A stretch of DNA of 64,000 bases from Callorhinchus milii (taxonomy: Eukaryota). The stretch covers positions 13,516,001 to 13,580,000 of the forward strand of contig NW_024704759.1 of NCBI RefSeq assembly GCF_018977255.1, given 5' to 3'. This document shows, one piece after another, positions 25,701-38,934 of this stretch. Each line of letters opens with the position of its first letter. The first letter of the stretch is position 1. Position numbers and translations under genes: made by a program. The notes under the pieces were generated by a model. That model saw only the letters and a list, made by a program, of their open reading frames with translations, ran no database searches and was not told the DNA's origin.

Positions 25701-28700
25701 AAACATTCTGTTAAAAGAATCCCCCCTCTCCCCAGCCTCCAGCTGTTTGAGGGAGGCAGAAGCCAAGTGGAAATGTTCTATTTCTCATAAAGATAACTAA
25801 ATGACTTGTGTACAAATATTTTTTAAAGCAATGCTGTCTAGAATAAATGAAAAATGCATTTATATTGTATAAGATCAGAACTGTTGCCTTCCTATTGAAA
25901 CAAAACTTTTGATTTTCACATTTTTCTTCTAGCTTGTTCACATTCACGCCAGTGTTGGATAGCATACTTCATATGCCCCTAAAACAAGAACATGAGGTGA
26001 ACATTCAGCGTACACTGAGGGAAGGCATAATTAACCCATTGCGAAAGTGAGTGAAGAGCATATTTTCTATGCTTGTGCTATAATATATCTGTCTTTTGTA
26101 TGCAAAAAGAATAAGCGTGAAGAATTCTGTGTTTTTGGGGTTGGGCTATGGTTCCAGTTTTATCAGCTTGCAGAATTTAACTAATGCTATTTACCTGTAT
26201 TAAATAGTCCTAACAGATAAGTCTTGGACCTCCTTAAAAGTACACTCTTGTAACTTCACAAGATATGATTTTGAATTGTAACTTTCTGAGTTGCCCCTTG
26301 CTGTGGTTTAAATTCGGAAATCCTATATTCCCAGGGATTAACAGGGTGATCTTTCTGATTTTAGGACTGGAGTTGTGAATTCAGACAAAGTGATGAAGCT
26401 GAGAATGTTGCTAGGAAATCATACATTCACTTCAGACGAGAAAGGTCCCTTTTAACTTAAGCTTTTAGTTTTAATAGTAATAATAATCCTTGCATGTGAT
26501 ATAACACCTTATACCATTGAGACGTCTCAAAGCGCTTCACAAAATATATTATAAAGTGGATTGACTGAATTTCGTGGGCGAAACGTGGCAGCCAATTTTT
26601 CAATAAGTCAAATTCTAGTAGCTATTGTTACTGATTGAGACCTTTATTTAAACCTTGAATATTGTGTATACTTTAATAAAACACTTGGTTTAAAATTTAT
26701 GGTAGAATTATTTCTTAATTTGTTTTGTTTGCCTCATTAGTTGCTTCTGGCATTTGCCCTTACATAATTTATGTTTACCATCAGAATGTTGATGCAATCT
26801 TAATCATCTGCTTTATTTCAGAATTTTGTTGAAACTCAATAACTATATTAAACTATATCAATCTCATATTGTCTTTTAAATGTGAATGCTCTTCTTGACT
26901 TTGAAATCTTTCATTTAGATCCAGAAGAATTTATCAGTGTCCTACTGCATGAAATTCTGGCAATTGATCCATTGCTAAAAATAAGGTACTTTTTACAAAT
27001 AACTGTTTGACCAGGTGGTTGCTAAATAGTGGTTACTTTAGCAGGTTTGACTGTATATAGTAACACCTCCAGTTTTCAGTTTCCAGCAGTTGAATAGGTT
27101 TATTTACTCTTGTTTGATTATTCCCTTGCATAACTCAGGTCAGACCAGAAGGTTCAGGAGAGCAACTGCTATCAGATAATCCTAGAGAAAGATGAAGAAT
27201 TGAAAGTACCATCAGTACAGCTGCTGTTGGAGCGGTCTTTCATCTCTTGTGGCTTGAAGTTTGAAGAAGTAAGTTCAAGTTCTTCACTAAACTTATCAGT
27301 TTGTGTAATTTACTGTTAGAAGCCTGAGTGTACACACTATTCCTGCCTCAGCATGGGTTCTAATTGCTCTGTGATGACTCCTGTGCTTTTGGGAATGTCA
27401 GACCAGATCAGGGAGGACTGCATTGATCATCATCAAACTAACGGCAACACCAACATCACTCACAGCCTGTGCACAACTGTGATACTCTCTGTCAAAGTCA
27501 TGGAGTAAAAGCTTTTGCTGTCTCTTTAAAGAGGGAAAATCTGGGGCCATCAGCAGCCTCTTGTACCTCAGTAGACAGTTGATTTTGACAAAGACAAATT
27601 GTGCACGGCACTAACAAGTAGAAAGATGAACCAAGTTGTTTTGTAATCTACATTAATAAACCTAGCGTTTGATATAGCGCCTTTCACAGCTGGAGGCCAT
27701 CTCAAAATGCTTCCCCATATTTTACTGTAAAATGCAGTGACTGTATGTTGTAGGCAAATGTTTTTTTAGTCTGATTCTGAAACTATTTCTGATGACTGCT
27801 TTTGTTTCAGATCCCATCATGTCTTTTAATTCAGATGCCAAGATTTGGGAAGGAATTCAAAATGTTCCCCAAAATCAGGCCATCCCTGGAGCTAGATATC
27901 ACTGATTTGCTTTCAAACAGTAAGTACAATCTTTGCCATGAGACAGCAAGGCCACAACTTGGCGTTACACTTGGCGACTTGTGAATGTGTAGTCAGATTG
28001 GTAGTGAGCACTAGAATATCACAATAATTAACTGACAGATATTGATGTAACAAATTTTGCAGGACAGTAAAATGGAAAATTGTGTTTTCCAAGTAATCTA
28101 GACAGTCACTACGCTTCACAGGATATTCTGTAAAGCACTTTGGGACGGTCTCCTGACGTGAAAGGCACTATAAGGAATGTAAGGATCATTATTTGAAAAG
28201 ACTTGTGTTGCAGTGGGCCTGAATAAGTTTTCTCCATATATCAGAACCGATTAGCGAACTTACTCTAGCTGTGTTTACATCCCTCCTTAATTTGATTATG
28301 CCCATGGACCACCCTGAGTTGATAATTGGATACAGATGGATTTAGGATAAAGATGTTGTAAAGTTGACCCAATTTGCAAAGGCACACCCAATCTCTGCAA
28401 TTAGCTGCTACTACTGTTGCTCAGATTAGAAACCATGGCAGTCTGTGTACAAGTAACTCACCACATCTGGTTGTTTGCAGCCCTGAGACATTGTTTCATT
28501 TGTGGAGGATTAGCAGAATATGAATGTGATCAATGCCTTCTGGACCCTATTTTTAAACAAGGACTAATAAAACAGTACTGCAACATTTGCAATATGCAGG
28601 TAAGAATTTTCTTTAAAAATTAGATAACAGTTAGTTATGTAGAGACTGGAAGCCATGATTTAGAGCACATTTCATCATTGAGAAGTGGGCTTTAGGATGA

Positions 28701-30070
28701 GGGGGTGAAATTCTCTTTGCTTGTTCTGTATTATTATAACTGCCTTAATCCACTTTCTAGTTTTGCTGGCCCATTGTTCATATAGACCATGATGTGATCC
28801 TAAAGATTTCTATCGCTCGTGTACACATTCGCAGCATCACACTTTCACAGCGCTTTATTTCTGAGGCTTGGTATTGAGGCACATTATTTGGGTACATCTG
28901 ACTGACTTGTGCTGTGCATGGATTGATATTAGTAGTGTGTGCAAGAAATAGAAAAAAAATCTTTGATCCCAACATAATAGATATTACTTACCTATTTGCA
29001 CAAATTAACTAACCAATGTTGCACACACATTACATCAAACGACAGATGTAAATGTATTTGCATTTTAGATTGTAATACCTATAGAACGCTTTTGTAATAT
29101 CTTGCCCTGAAGCTTCAGTATAAAATCAATCCACATGTGCCTCTCCAACAGGTTCATTCTCACATAAAGCGGAAGGAGCACCAGATCAGAAAGTTCCCAA
29201 GTCCAAATAACTTCTCGGTCAAGCCTCCTTTTCCACGACACAAGATGGAACTGTTTGCAGTACTTTGCATCGAAACCAGCCACTATGTTTCATTTGTGAA
29301 ATATGGGCCAGGGAAACGATCGTGGGTTTTCTTTGACAGCATGGCCGACCGAATTGGTAATTTTTTTTACATTTCTTTTCAATGAGAATTTTGAAAAGGC
29401 CTTTTTCAGCACACAACTCTACCAGCTCCCTGCTTCTCCCTTCTCTTCCTCCTCCTCTCCATTCATCTACATCTGGGAGATTATCTGTCTATAATAGGGA
29501 ATAAATAGGTAGTCATCTGTTACACTAATTTTCACCTCTAAACCTTGGTTATCAAGTCTTGTATAAGGGATTTTCTTCCCCTCTCTATTCCATTTCCCCA
29601 AAGGGCCAGTTCTAAGTACAACTGAAGAGTTTCAACTCCCATTTCTTTTGGGTGTGTGTTTATGACAGACAACGCCCCATAAATTGTACTAAATTGGCAG
29701 CTTCACTCAGATGAGAGGAGCACAAGACAAACATGGTATATACACTAGTGTAATGTGGATAATTTTCTACGGTTGAGTAGGAGTAGAGGGACCAACTAAT
29801 CTAACCCCACTTCCACATGCTCCAAAGCTCTCTGTCTGTGAACTGTTTGATGTAATGTTTTGCATTAGTGAAACTCCAATGTTCTTTATTTTAGATAATG
29901 AGAATATTCCAGAAATAACAGATTGTCCACAAGTCGGTGATTATTTAATGATACCAGAGGACGAGCTGCTTCATACAGACCTAAAGCAGCTTGATGGATT
30001 GGCCAAAAGACTCTTCTGCGATGCCTATATGTGCATGTATCAGAGCCCCAAGATGTGCTTGTATAACTAA
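22742..30070 (+). CDS. CYLD: CYLD-family ubiquitin carboxyl-terminal hydrolase (short CYLD paralog: degenerate CAP-Gly, one intact CAP-Gly, USP domain with B-box), 13 coding exons, ~679 aa
   Basis: Exons (+): 22742-23176, 23790-23922, 24314-24471, 24886-25054, 25151-25295, 25933-26046, 26365-26444, 26919-26985, 27139-27268, 27811-27919, 28481-28599, 29152-29356, 29895-30070 (2040 nt, in phase). Motifs: CAP-Gly [32 protein letters not shown]; Cys box [12 protein letters not shown] (Cys codon 25270-25272); EKDPEEF; IQMPRFGK; B-box CFIC..CDQC..CNIC..H; His box TSHYV; FFDSMADR; C-terminus [11 protein letters not shown]. Probably a paralog rather than the ortholog of mammalian CYLD. Confidence 0.93.
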
Positions 30071-33000
30071 TGTGCAACAGAAACTAACCTGATGGTAAAC
30101 CAGCAGCTTATAAGAAGTAAATGGCAATGTGTTTTCAGAGTTTTATATTTTTGTGGAGCGTTGCATTTAAAGAAAAATTACACAGGAGTTCAAAGCTATA
30201 TAGCCTTTCAGTTTTCACTTGAAAATGAAATTCATGGTTTTCACTAAATGTGTAGAAAATAGAATGTAATGTGCAAACATTAGAATGTGCAGCATAATTC
30301 TGCCATGTTCAATACGCAAAAGCAGATGCACTTAGCCATGGCAGTGTTGACTGTTTAAGCAACAGAACGACTTGGGTAACCGCTCAACTATATTTGGAAA
30401 GCTATATTCTGTCAGAAGTGCAGTAATTTGAGTTGAACTATACATAAATATTATAATTACACCTACACAGGCACGTGTTTGTTTGTGTGCACTCAATGTA
30501 CTATTGTCACATTCCCATAAATGTACTTTTACTAGGAATAATAGATGTAAGTTGGACTATGGAATTTGGCACCAACTAAAATATTAATGAAAACTAACCT
30601 TAACCTGACTTGCTGTAAATCAGCAAATTAATTTAATCACTTAAATAATGCTTTATATTAATTAAATTAATAAGGTTAAATATGGTTTGTGGTAGTTCAG
30701 GTTTGATGTTCATGGTTCCTTTGCGGTGAACCATCTTATTGCACTTTCATCAATCGTAAGTTCTACAAGACAGGTTTATGTTGTAAGAGTATAAAGGAAA
30801 TTAATGTTATATCAGCAGTTCTTAAGCAAAAACAATGTGTGTGTGTACTTTTACCTAATTTGTAAATTATATTATTGAATTTATATTACTTATGCTACAC
30901 AAACTATTGCACTAAGGTTTGTATTATTTCATGTTATTTCATATTTCATTCAGGCAGATTTGCATTTCTGATTAGCTGCTGGACAGCTTGTTCATGCTTT
31001 TGCCTTCAGATTGATTGCTTGTAAAAAAAAAAAAAATCATGTCCTCCTGGGTAAGATTCCAATAATTATACTGTGCTATTTGAAATGTAAATTCTTTTAT
31101 AAAAATATAATCTGGGTATAAAATGACACTTGCTTTATTCAAGTGATACAACAGCCTTTGTAGATTATCTTTGCACGCTGTAATTCGTCACGTTTGGTAG
31201 TATTTCAAGGCAGGTGGATTCCAGATGTCTTGTACAACTCAGAGCAATGTATTCTTAAGGATCAGCAAAATATTTTCTGATACTTACACCTGGATTATTG
31301 AGCACTCTGCCTAATACATTGATATAGTGGGAGTTGGGGGTTGAGAATGTAAGCAACAAATTGAAACTTCCCTTATTGTTTTTGTAATGCATAATGGTGG
31401 GGGTATGAGTTACTGAGCGAAAATGAAACACTTTACGGGCTTGTTGCTTTTCTTTAGAGGAATTTAATTGTCACTTGGTCTTTTTAAGATGCTGTTTTCT
31501 TCCGCTAAAGCAATTACAATTGTGTATATAAATACTGTTATCCTGTAATTTTACAGTGAGATTTTATTTTGGTGATACATATGTACATATGGTGTATCTT
31601 GATCTTTATATTCTAGATTATACTTGTATTAAAATGCTTTACCCAGATCAGCCTATTCAGTCATTTTGAAATCTTGTGATCTCACATGTACTAGCAGATG
31701 ATCTTTTAATCCTGTCAAATCTATAAATTTCTTTTAAATGCTTCTCAAGAGTGGGAGAATGGAACATTTCCCATTAGGTAGCCTAATTAGCATGTTTTAG
31801 CCATAAAATCCTGTCCCTTTATTTGTATGGTTCAATGCCACCTCCTCAGTGCAGTTACTCTGAACAATTATAGATAATGTGTTTTATTAAAAAAACTGCA
31901 GTCTTTTATCATTCACATCCATATGCAACACATATTTGCTGGACCCTCAGCCTAAAACTTGCATTTCAAAGGAAGAAATTTATGGAAGCAGCTTATATAC
32001 GACAACTTTCTCCCATATTCATTTAACAAAATATGTGCTATTTAAATTGATGGAAATTTGCCCATTTGGATAATTGCCTGTTTTACTGAGCAGTACACCG
32101 CTGTAGTTATCCCAGAGTGTACTTAGAAATCACGAGTTCTGATTGTGGAGAGCAAAGAAAAGTCTTTGCAAACACAACTGTATGGCACAAAATTTATGCA
32201 GTGAAGTGTTCAAATCATTGCCAGAAACCTACCTCATTATCTGCAGCCTAACGTTTATAAAAAAGGCTTCTTTTGCACACTGGACCCAGCAGTACACTGC
32301 ACACCATGCTAATTGATCAGTGACAAAATGGATAAATGTCATAACACAATTGCAAAGTTTTCCATTTTAAATACCGTCTCAATTTTTCTCATATGCTCAA
32401 GAGCACACACATATACACACACTGATGCTGAGTTGATGAACTTGATTACTGATCAATGCCTCAATCCTTTACCAATCAAAACAATCTCTAGGTAATTCCA
32501 AAAATATGTTAGAGGTATGCCATGAAATTTATTTTAAAAATTATCAAGACAAGTTTGTTTAACAACTGCTAACAAACCCAGAAATCAAGCAATTTTGAAA
32601 TGCAGCAAACACTCACTTATAAAATGAAGCCTACATAGTTCAATGCTAGAAAAACCTGCAATTTTGAAGTAGAGCAGTAAAATATATAAGCAGACTTTTA
32701 AATCAAGAATACTGGTTATTCAAAAATAGATGTTTAAGCATTGGGAAACTTAAAATACTAGAGTTATAGGATAAAGTTAAATGTTAGTACTAATTTCTGT
32801 ATTCATTTGCAGTATTTGTTGTACTGGTTTTGTCGAGCTTAAAGGATACAACAATGACCAGCGAATTGTGTTTCTACTGGTCCTGTATCTCAAACGTTGC
32901 TTTTTGAGAGCATGCGAGTTCTCAAAGCTTTGAAAACATTGCACAACAAAGCTTGAACTTGTGACACGAACCGAGGAAGACAGGAGCTCGAGCCTGATCT

Positions 33001-33551
33001 GAGCATCAAAGTTAAATCACGAGAAGCTGAAACTTTGTATTTAAATCAGTTACGAAACTTTGCTGGATTTTAATTTTAATACCACCAAGATGCAATCATT
33101 TTCTGTTAGAAAGTTTGAAATACAAACTCTTGAAAGACATTCACATCAAAAATTAATAAATGTTTCACATCCAATTTTAAAGGTATTTTACATTAGTTAA
33201 ATTAAAACACACGTTAAGAGTACCAACATTACAGGGCATGATACAGGGAATCTCCTTATTGATATGGTTGGCATCACACTTCAGCATGACTGGAGCTCTC
33301 AAAACTGTTGTTGCAGAAGAAGTCCATGTCTTGTAAAATTCCTGCGATATTCCATACATTAGTACGGTCATTAAAATGGCCTTGAAGGGAATTCTGCTTC
33401 CTGCAAGGTATCCCATGTTTCTTTGTGGTTCCCGTGATTTTTGTGGTACAAAAGATTTCAAACAATTGCAAAAATCAGTACATTGTTTTTGATTTTCTTT
33501 TCTCTCCCTGTAATTTAAAACCTGACAGGAATAGACGGCAGTTTTCAGTCT

Positions 33552-36500
33552 TCAATCAAAATGTATCGCGGTGTAAAAGATTATCCAAACAACCTGGAGG
33601 GTGAGGAAAAACATAGCAGGTGAGAATTTCACCCTAACATAAGTTCTGTTCCTAAAAATGGCCAGTTCTGTCATCCATGAAAACCTATAAGAAGTCTAGT
33701 TAAAAGAAATAATTGAGAAAAGCACAATTATTAATTTTAACAATATTTAGGCAACTAAGTATTATAGACTTTGACAACGTTCAGCAAATTCATGCATACT
33801 TGCAATGATTCTCAATAAATGTTAAACATTGATACACATTTTCTATTGTAATTTACCCAAACTTCTGGAAGAAGTCTGTCTTGTCTTTTCTCTCCACTCC
33901 ACACACCATTTTCAAGCTAAACAGCACAAGCACCTGACTCATTCTCATGTCTCTACTGATGCCTATCCTTTAGTTGGCAAGTAATGGGTGTATTTATACT
34001 GAACATGTAGGAATCAAAGAATTACCAAAAATAATGCAAACGATGTCATGAACCCCTCTTTTGTTAGTTCCCATGTTCCTCCATATTCCTCTTCATCTAC
34101 TTGCTGGAAGCTGTTGAAGTAGAGATATAGGACTCCGGCATTGATCAAACAAAATCTACAAAAGGCAACAAACAAAGCATTTAACCAGACATTGCACTGG
34201 AAACTTGAACATTTAATCACAAGTTGACTCTCACTGTCACTAACTGAACTGCAGGTATAAACTTTCTAAAACACAAGCTTTTAACTGGAGAAACAATATC
34301 AAGCAGAACACATTAACGTTTTGCTGCACTCCCTTTTTTTTTGCCTTACAGGAGAACTGAACGTTATTAAAAGTGTTCAAAACCCTCCATTATTCAAAAG
34401 GGTAAGAAGCATTTTTCCTTAAAAAGCTGGCATGTTTTGTTCATAACCTAACAATAACCTTTGACTGGTATTATACAAAGATGAGACAGAGGGCTAGGAA
34501 CAAATTATTTGCCTCTTGGTCTAAGAATGGTGGATAGGAGAGGACTTGAGAGAAAATTAGAAAAATAATTAAAATACTGTGGGCGAGTGGAGGTGGGTTA
34601 AACCTGCTCAGGCCACTAATTGGTTTCCAGGATCATCACAGCCTCAGAGTAATTTATTTCCCGGCTTACCCATTTATAACAACAACAATCTTTGCATTTG
34701 CTATATCGTCTTGTCATGTCTTCGAGACATCTCAAGGCACTTCACAGAATATACTGTAAAGTGAATCGACTGTGTATTTTGTGGGTGAAAAATAGTAGAG
34801 GAATGTCACATGCATTGTACATGTTCATGGGGTGGTGAAGGGAAAGAATGAATAATGAAAACAATTGTACTGTATTTCCTCAAATTGTACAACGCACATG
34901 TAATAAGCACACTGAGTTTAACATCAAATATTTTACTCCCGTTATTTCTAATAAAGGAATACTAATTTTGTTCACTACAATGAGACTTACATTGCTATTC
35001 CCAAGAATCCTTGAAGTGGAACAATTCCCCAGATAACACCTAAAATAACTGCAATTATTTGGCGAAACCAGTAGATGACATCTAGAAATTCATCCTGTAA
35101 AGCAGAGGATAAAAAATAAATCAAATTAATATTTGTAGACACTCGAGCACACTCTTTGCTGCCCTAGCTTCAAACTTGCAATACAGATAGAATGCTGGAT
35201 CAATTAGAATTACTTTAGCACAAATTAATTTCTGAGTTATGATTTTTTTTCCAAAAATCCTCCGTCCAGAAATCTGCAACAGATTAAGAAATGCTGGTCA
35301 TGGGATCACATCTGACTATACAATATTCACTGGTTAGAGGGTATAAAAAGGGAACCCCTGCACTGTGCACCAAAGTTTTGAATGAACATTTTGGATCCTA
35401 TCCAATCGCTGCGCTTGTAACAGTAATCCTTGAACTGTTTTACAATCTCATACAAGATACAATTGCTAGTTTTACTGCCCATATTCATTTTTCTGGATTG
35501 AATTATATTTGCCAGTGATCACAGGTTTTTTTTAGGAAGATATTGGTTTGCTCCCTCCTTTCTCTGCCTCAGCCCCTCCCTATGAATCCATGTGTTTATA
35601 AATATCAGAAATCAGAAACTGGAGGGGTTTCAGGATAGAGCTTTGAAGCACCTGCCTCAATAAATTCCCGCATTTCAAACTTGCTGTCCTGACCATTACC
35701 ATCTGCTTCCTTCCTTCCTTTTAGCCAGCGGGTTTACACTTACCTGTGCCAAATCATACTTGCTGAGAATACAGGAATCCTGTGCACACACATAGCTGAG
35801 CACATACGCTCCATTAATGAGTGCAAAACACAGTTAACATTTTAATACTGCATTAAACTAGTGGATCACATTGTGTTTAAAAAAATCGTTTGAAACCAGT
35901 TACTGGTTTTCACCCAATGACATCAATTCCATTCCGAGACTCCAGTAACAGGGCTCAGAATTGGACCAAATGCCTTAAATTGAGATTTATAGTATTTTCA
36001 ATAGAAACTGCATTGAATCAACATAAAAGAGGTCCTGGAAGTCCAGTCTTGCTCATATAAAACTCCTACCAAACAATTCACCATGCAAAATCATTACACA
36101 GTACTCAAAATACATTTCTAAAATAAATACTGCAGCACATTTATATCCTATATAATTGGCAGACAACCATAACATTGATTCTACCATATGGTTTTGATGA
36201 GGTGAGTTCAGTTAAATACAATACAAATTGACATTTATGTAGCACCTTTCACGTTGGGAGGATGTGCCAAGGTGCTTGACAGCCCAGTCTTAGCACCTAA
36301 ATCGAGGAAGGTGGGCAGAGGAAAGATGACCAAAGGTGCAATCTGAGGGGAAGATCTTGAGACGCACCTTGAAAAAGGTGAGGTAGAGTGCGAGCCAGAG
36401 GGACTCCAGGATGGAGTTCCAGAGAGTGGGGATAGATCGGCTGACAGCGCAACTGCCAATGGTGGGGCAGGGGGCATGAAGCAGGCTGATGCTTGCTGAG

Positions 36501-37660
36501 TGAAGGGACCAGCTGGGTTGCTATGGTAAATATTTTAAAGGGAGATTCGAGCTAATATTTTTGTCACCCTTTCCAGGCGGTGTAATATTACAGACGGGCC
36601 AATATTAACTTCTCCGAGATTCACCGATAATTGAAAAGGTGGCACATTTCGCAGTATAATCCGCACAACAGTATAGCTTGCATTTAAAATAATTGCAGCT
36701 AAGTTTTATCACGTCAATTATTTACCTAGCAGTGGTTTGAAAATACACCAAGAGAAGAGAAGCCACAGGATTCAATTATATATTTTTTAAAAAACTTTCA
36801 GGCAGATAAGCTTCCTTATATGACCCGATGACAATTACAGACCTGGAATACTCCACACTATAAAAAACTGAACTTTTTCCAAAAAAAAGGCATCCCTAAC
36901 ATTGATTTACATTTCAAATTTCCAATCCCCCGAACTAGATGGACCTCGGTCTTTTTAAATCTAGCAATTCCTATTAATAACTGAGCTGGCTCTCTAAACT
37001 GTCAGCCTGTAGTAGTAATAATAATCCTTGCATTTGATGTAGTGCCTTATCATGTCAGAATCAAGTCTCAAAGCGCTTCACAGGATTCACCGTGAAGTGG
37101 AGTGACTGTGTGCAGTATTTGCGCACACAATTTAATAATAATTTGGTCACTCAATCCACGACTGTCTGTGGGACTGCTGTGTGCAATTGGCTGGCGCAAT
37201 TGTTTCGCCCACAAAACACACAGTCAGTACACTTTACGGTATGTCCTCCGAAGCGGTTTGAGACTCCTGGAAGACGTGATAAGACGCTGTATCAAATACA
37301 CTTGGGCTACTGTTTATTTTACAGCAACACCGTTCCACGAGCCGCCACGAAGTGAGCGAAAGACCAATGTTACTGTGGTGGGGGAGAAGGGGAGGGTGGC
37401 GGGTGAGGGGAGATGGACCGTCAGGACCAAGGGGACGCCGGGAGAGAACAGAAACCCCCCCCCCCCCAAACACACGGTTTCCACCCCCTCCCCCCAAGCG
37501 CTCGCGACGGTATACGCCGCAAAGCGCTCGGGGGTCGGGTGGGGGAGAGGGGGGGGGCTGTGTGTGTGTGTGGGAGAGACGTCTTGGAAGACGGGATGAG
37601 GGGCTCCCAAATGGGAGCATTATTATTGCACGTCAATTATGAGGATTAATATCACGGTTG

Positions 37661-37701
<41 letters not shown>

Positions 37702-37985
37702 GAACTGCCTTTCCTTTCCCTTTTCCAAACAGTGCTCCGTCCGTCCACCTGTGGGGTCAGTCAGTCAGTCGGTCGGTCGGTCGGTCAGGTCAGGTCAGTT
37801 AAATCAAGTCAAGTCAAGTCAGTCCAGTCGGAGCCTGGCGCCGGCTCGGGCCTGGTCCCCTCCCTGAGCCGTTGGCTCCTCACCTTATCCTCCCAGGCCG
37901 CGTTACTCTTCAGCACTTTAATCCAGACGGAGATCTTCAAACCGCCGTTGGCCACGACGTGCTCTTTGGATTTCCCTCCGCTCAT
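33552..37985 (-). CDS. RAB5IF: RAB5-interacting factor / C20orf24 (OPTI, GEL-complex subunit), 4 exons, 125 aa
   Basis: Exons 37884-37985, 34991-35094, 34026-34155, 33552-33593. Translation: MSGGKSKEHVVANGGLKISVWIKVLKSNAAWEDK|DEFLDVIYWFRQIIAVILGVIWG...|...QVDEEEYGGTWELTKEGFMTSFALFL|VVWIIFYTAIHFD*. Confidence 0.96.
37660..37825. repeat. Compound microsatellite: (GAT)n, then GTCA/GGTC/GTCAA units, in RAB5IF intron 1
   Basis: (GAT)x13 at ~37662-37700; tetra- and pentanucleotide runs at 37745-37825. Confidence 0.85.
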
Positions 37986-37989
37986 TCTC

Positions 37990-38290
37990 CCTCTTTCTCT
38001 CTCTCTCTCTGCTCTCCTCTCCTCGCTGACAAACCGCCAACCCACCACCCGGCGCCGCCCCTCACACGCACAGCCCGACCGACCGCCGCCAACCCGCCCG
38101 CCCGCCACGGACACCCGCAATCTGAGCATGCGCGACTCCCACCACCCGCCGACCGAGCGCCCCGCACCAGTCACCAGCGCCGGCCGGTCCTCCAGTAGAC
38201 CAGAGGCCTGTGCGACGTAACGATGCCCGCGTGAGCGCCGCCATCTGCCCGCCCCGCGTTCATTGGTGACCCTGACCACGTGATACATTT
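37990..38290 (-). promoter_or_regulatory. RAB5IF CpG-island promoter/5'UTR
   Basis: CpG-rich; YY1-like CCGCCATCT at 38238-38246, ATTGG at 38262-38266, CACGTG at 38277-38282, NRF1-like GCATGCGC ~38126-38133. Confidence 0.65.
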
Positions 38291-38404
38291 AATCTTCCCC
38301 ACCCCCTTTTTTTAAAAGGGAGAGAATATTGTATGTGCCACAGTTCAAAGTTGACCATTCATTTGTATTGTCGGTAGGACCTTGCTGGCCTGTGGTAGTC
38401 ATAA

Positions 38405-38795
38405 TGACAACAAGATTCCATTAATAGAGCGCCTTTCACGTCGGGAGGACGTCCCTAGGCGCTGGACAGTTGGGTCAGGACCCGAGCATTGGGGGGAAAT
38501 GGTCAGGGTGAGGGGAGGGAAGGGAGGGAGCGAGGAGGGGGGGAAATGGTCAGGGTGAGGGGAGGGAGCGAGGAGGGGGTAGAGAGTCGAGAGCGGAGCT
38601 GAAGGCTGAAGGTCAAAGAGAAAGGTCTTGAGACCGGCCTTGAAGGAGGAAAGGGAGGAAGCGGCGAAGGCACTGGGGGATGGAGTTCCAGAGCCTCGGG
38701 GCTGAGAGGCTGAAGGTCCGGCCACCGATGGTAGGGCGGTTGGAGCGGGGGATGTGGAGCAGACCAGAGCCGGAGGAACGGAGGATACGGGCATT
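38405..38795 (-). mobile_element. L2 LINE 3' end, near-identical inverted partner of 42045-42375
   Basis: Reverse complement matches 42045-42375, including the unusual short CCCCAGTGCCTTCGCCGCTTCCTCC segment; internal tandem duplication at ~38490-38580. Confidence 0.88.
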
Positions 38796-38895
38796 TAAGT
38801 AAATAATAATCCTTGCATTTGATATAGCGCCTTATCACGTTGTTGAGACGTCTCAAAGCCCTTCACGGGATATACATTCAATTTCTAATAACAAA

Positions 38896-38934
38896 TTGAG
38901 GCAGTGAGATCTCCGTGAATAACATCCTGATCAT
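38896..38934 (-). pseudogene. Short degenerate duplicate of the TP53RK catalytic-loop sequence
   Basis: ttgaggcagtgagatctccgtgaataacatcctgatcat aligns with TP53RK 39865-39903 ttgaggtagtgaggtctccgtgaatgacattctgatcat. It encodes DQDVIHGDLTAS versus [12 protein letters not shown]. Confidence 0.75.

Noticed and set aside
37639-38220. 193-aa ORF with poly-Met
   Set aside because: Derived from the (GAT)n microsatellite and the antisense of RAB5IF exon 1.
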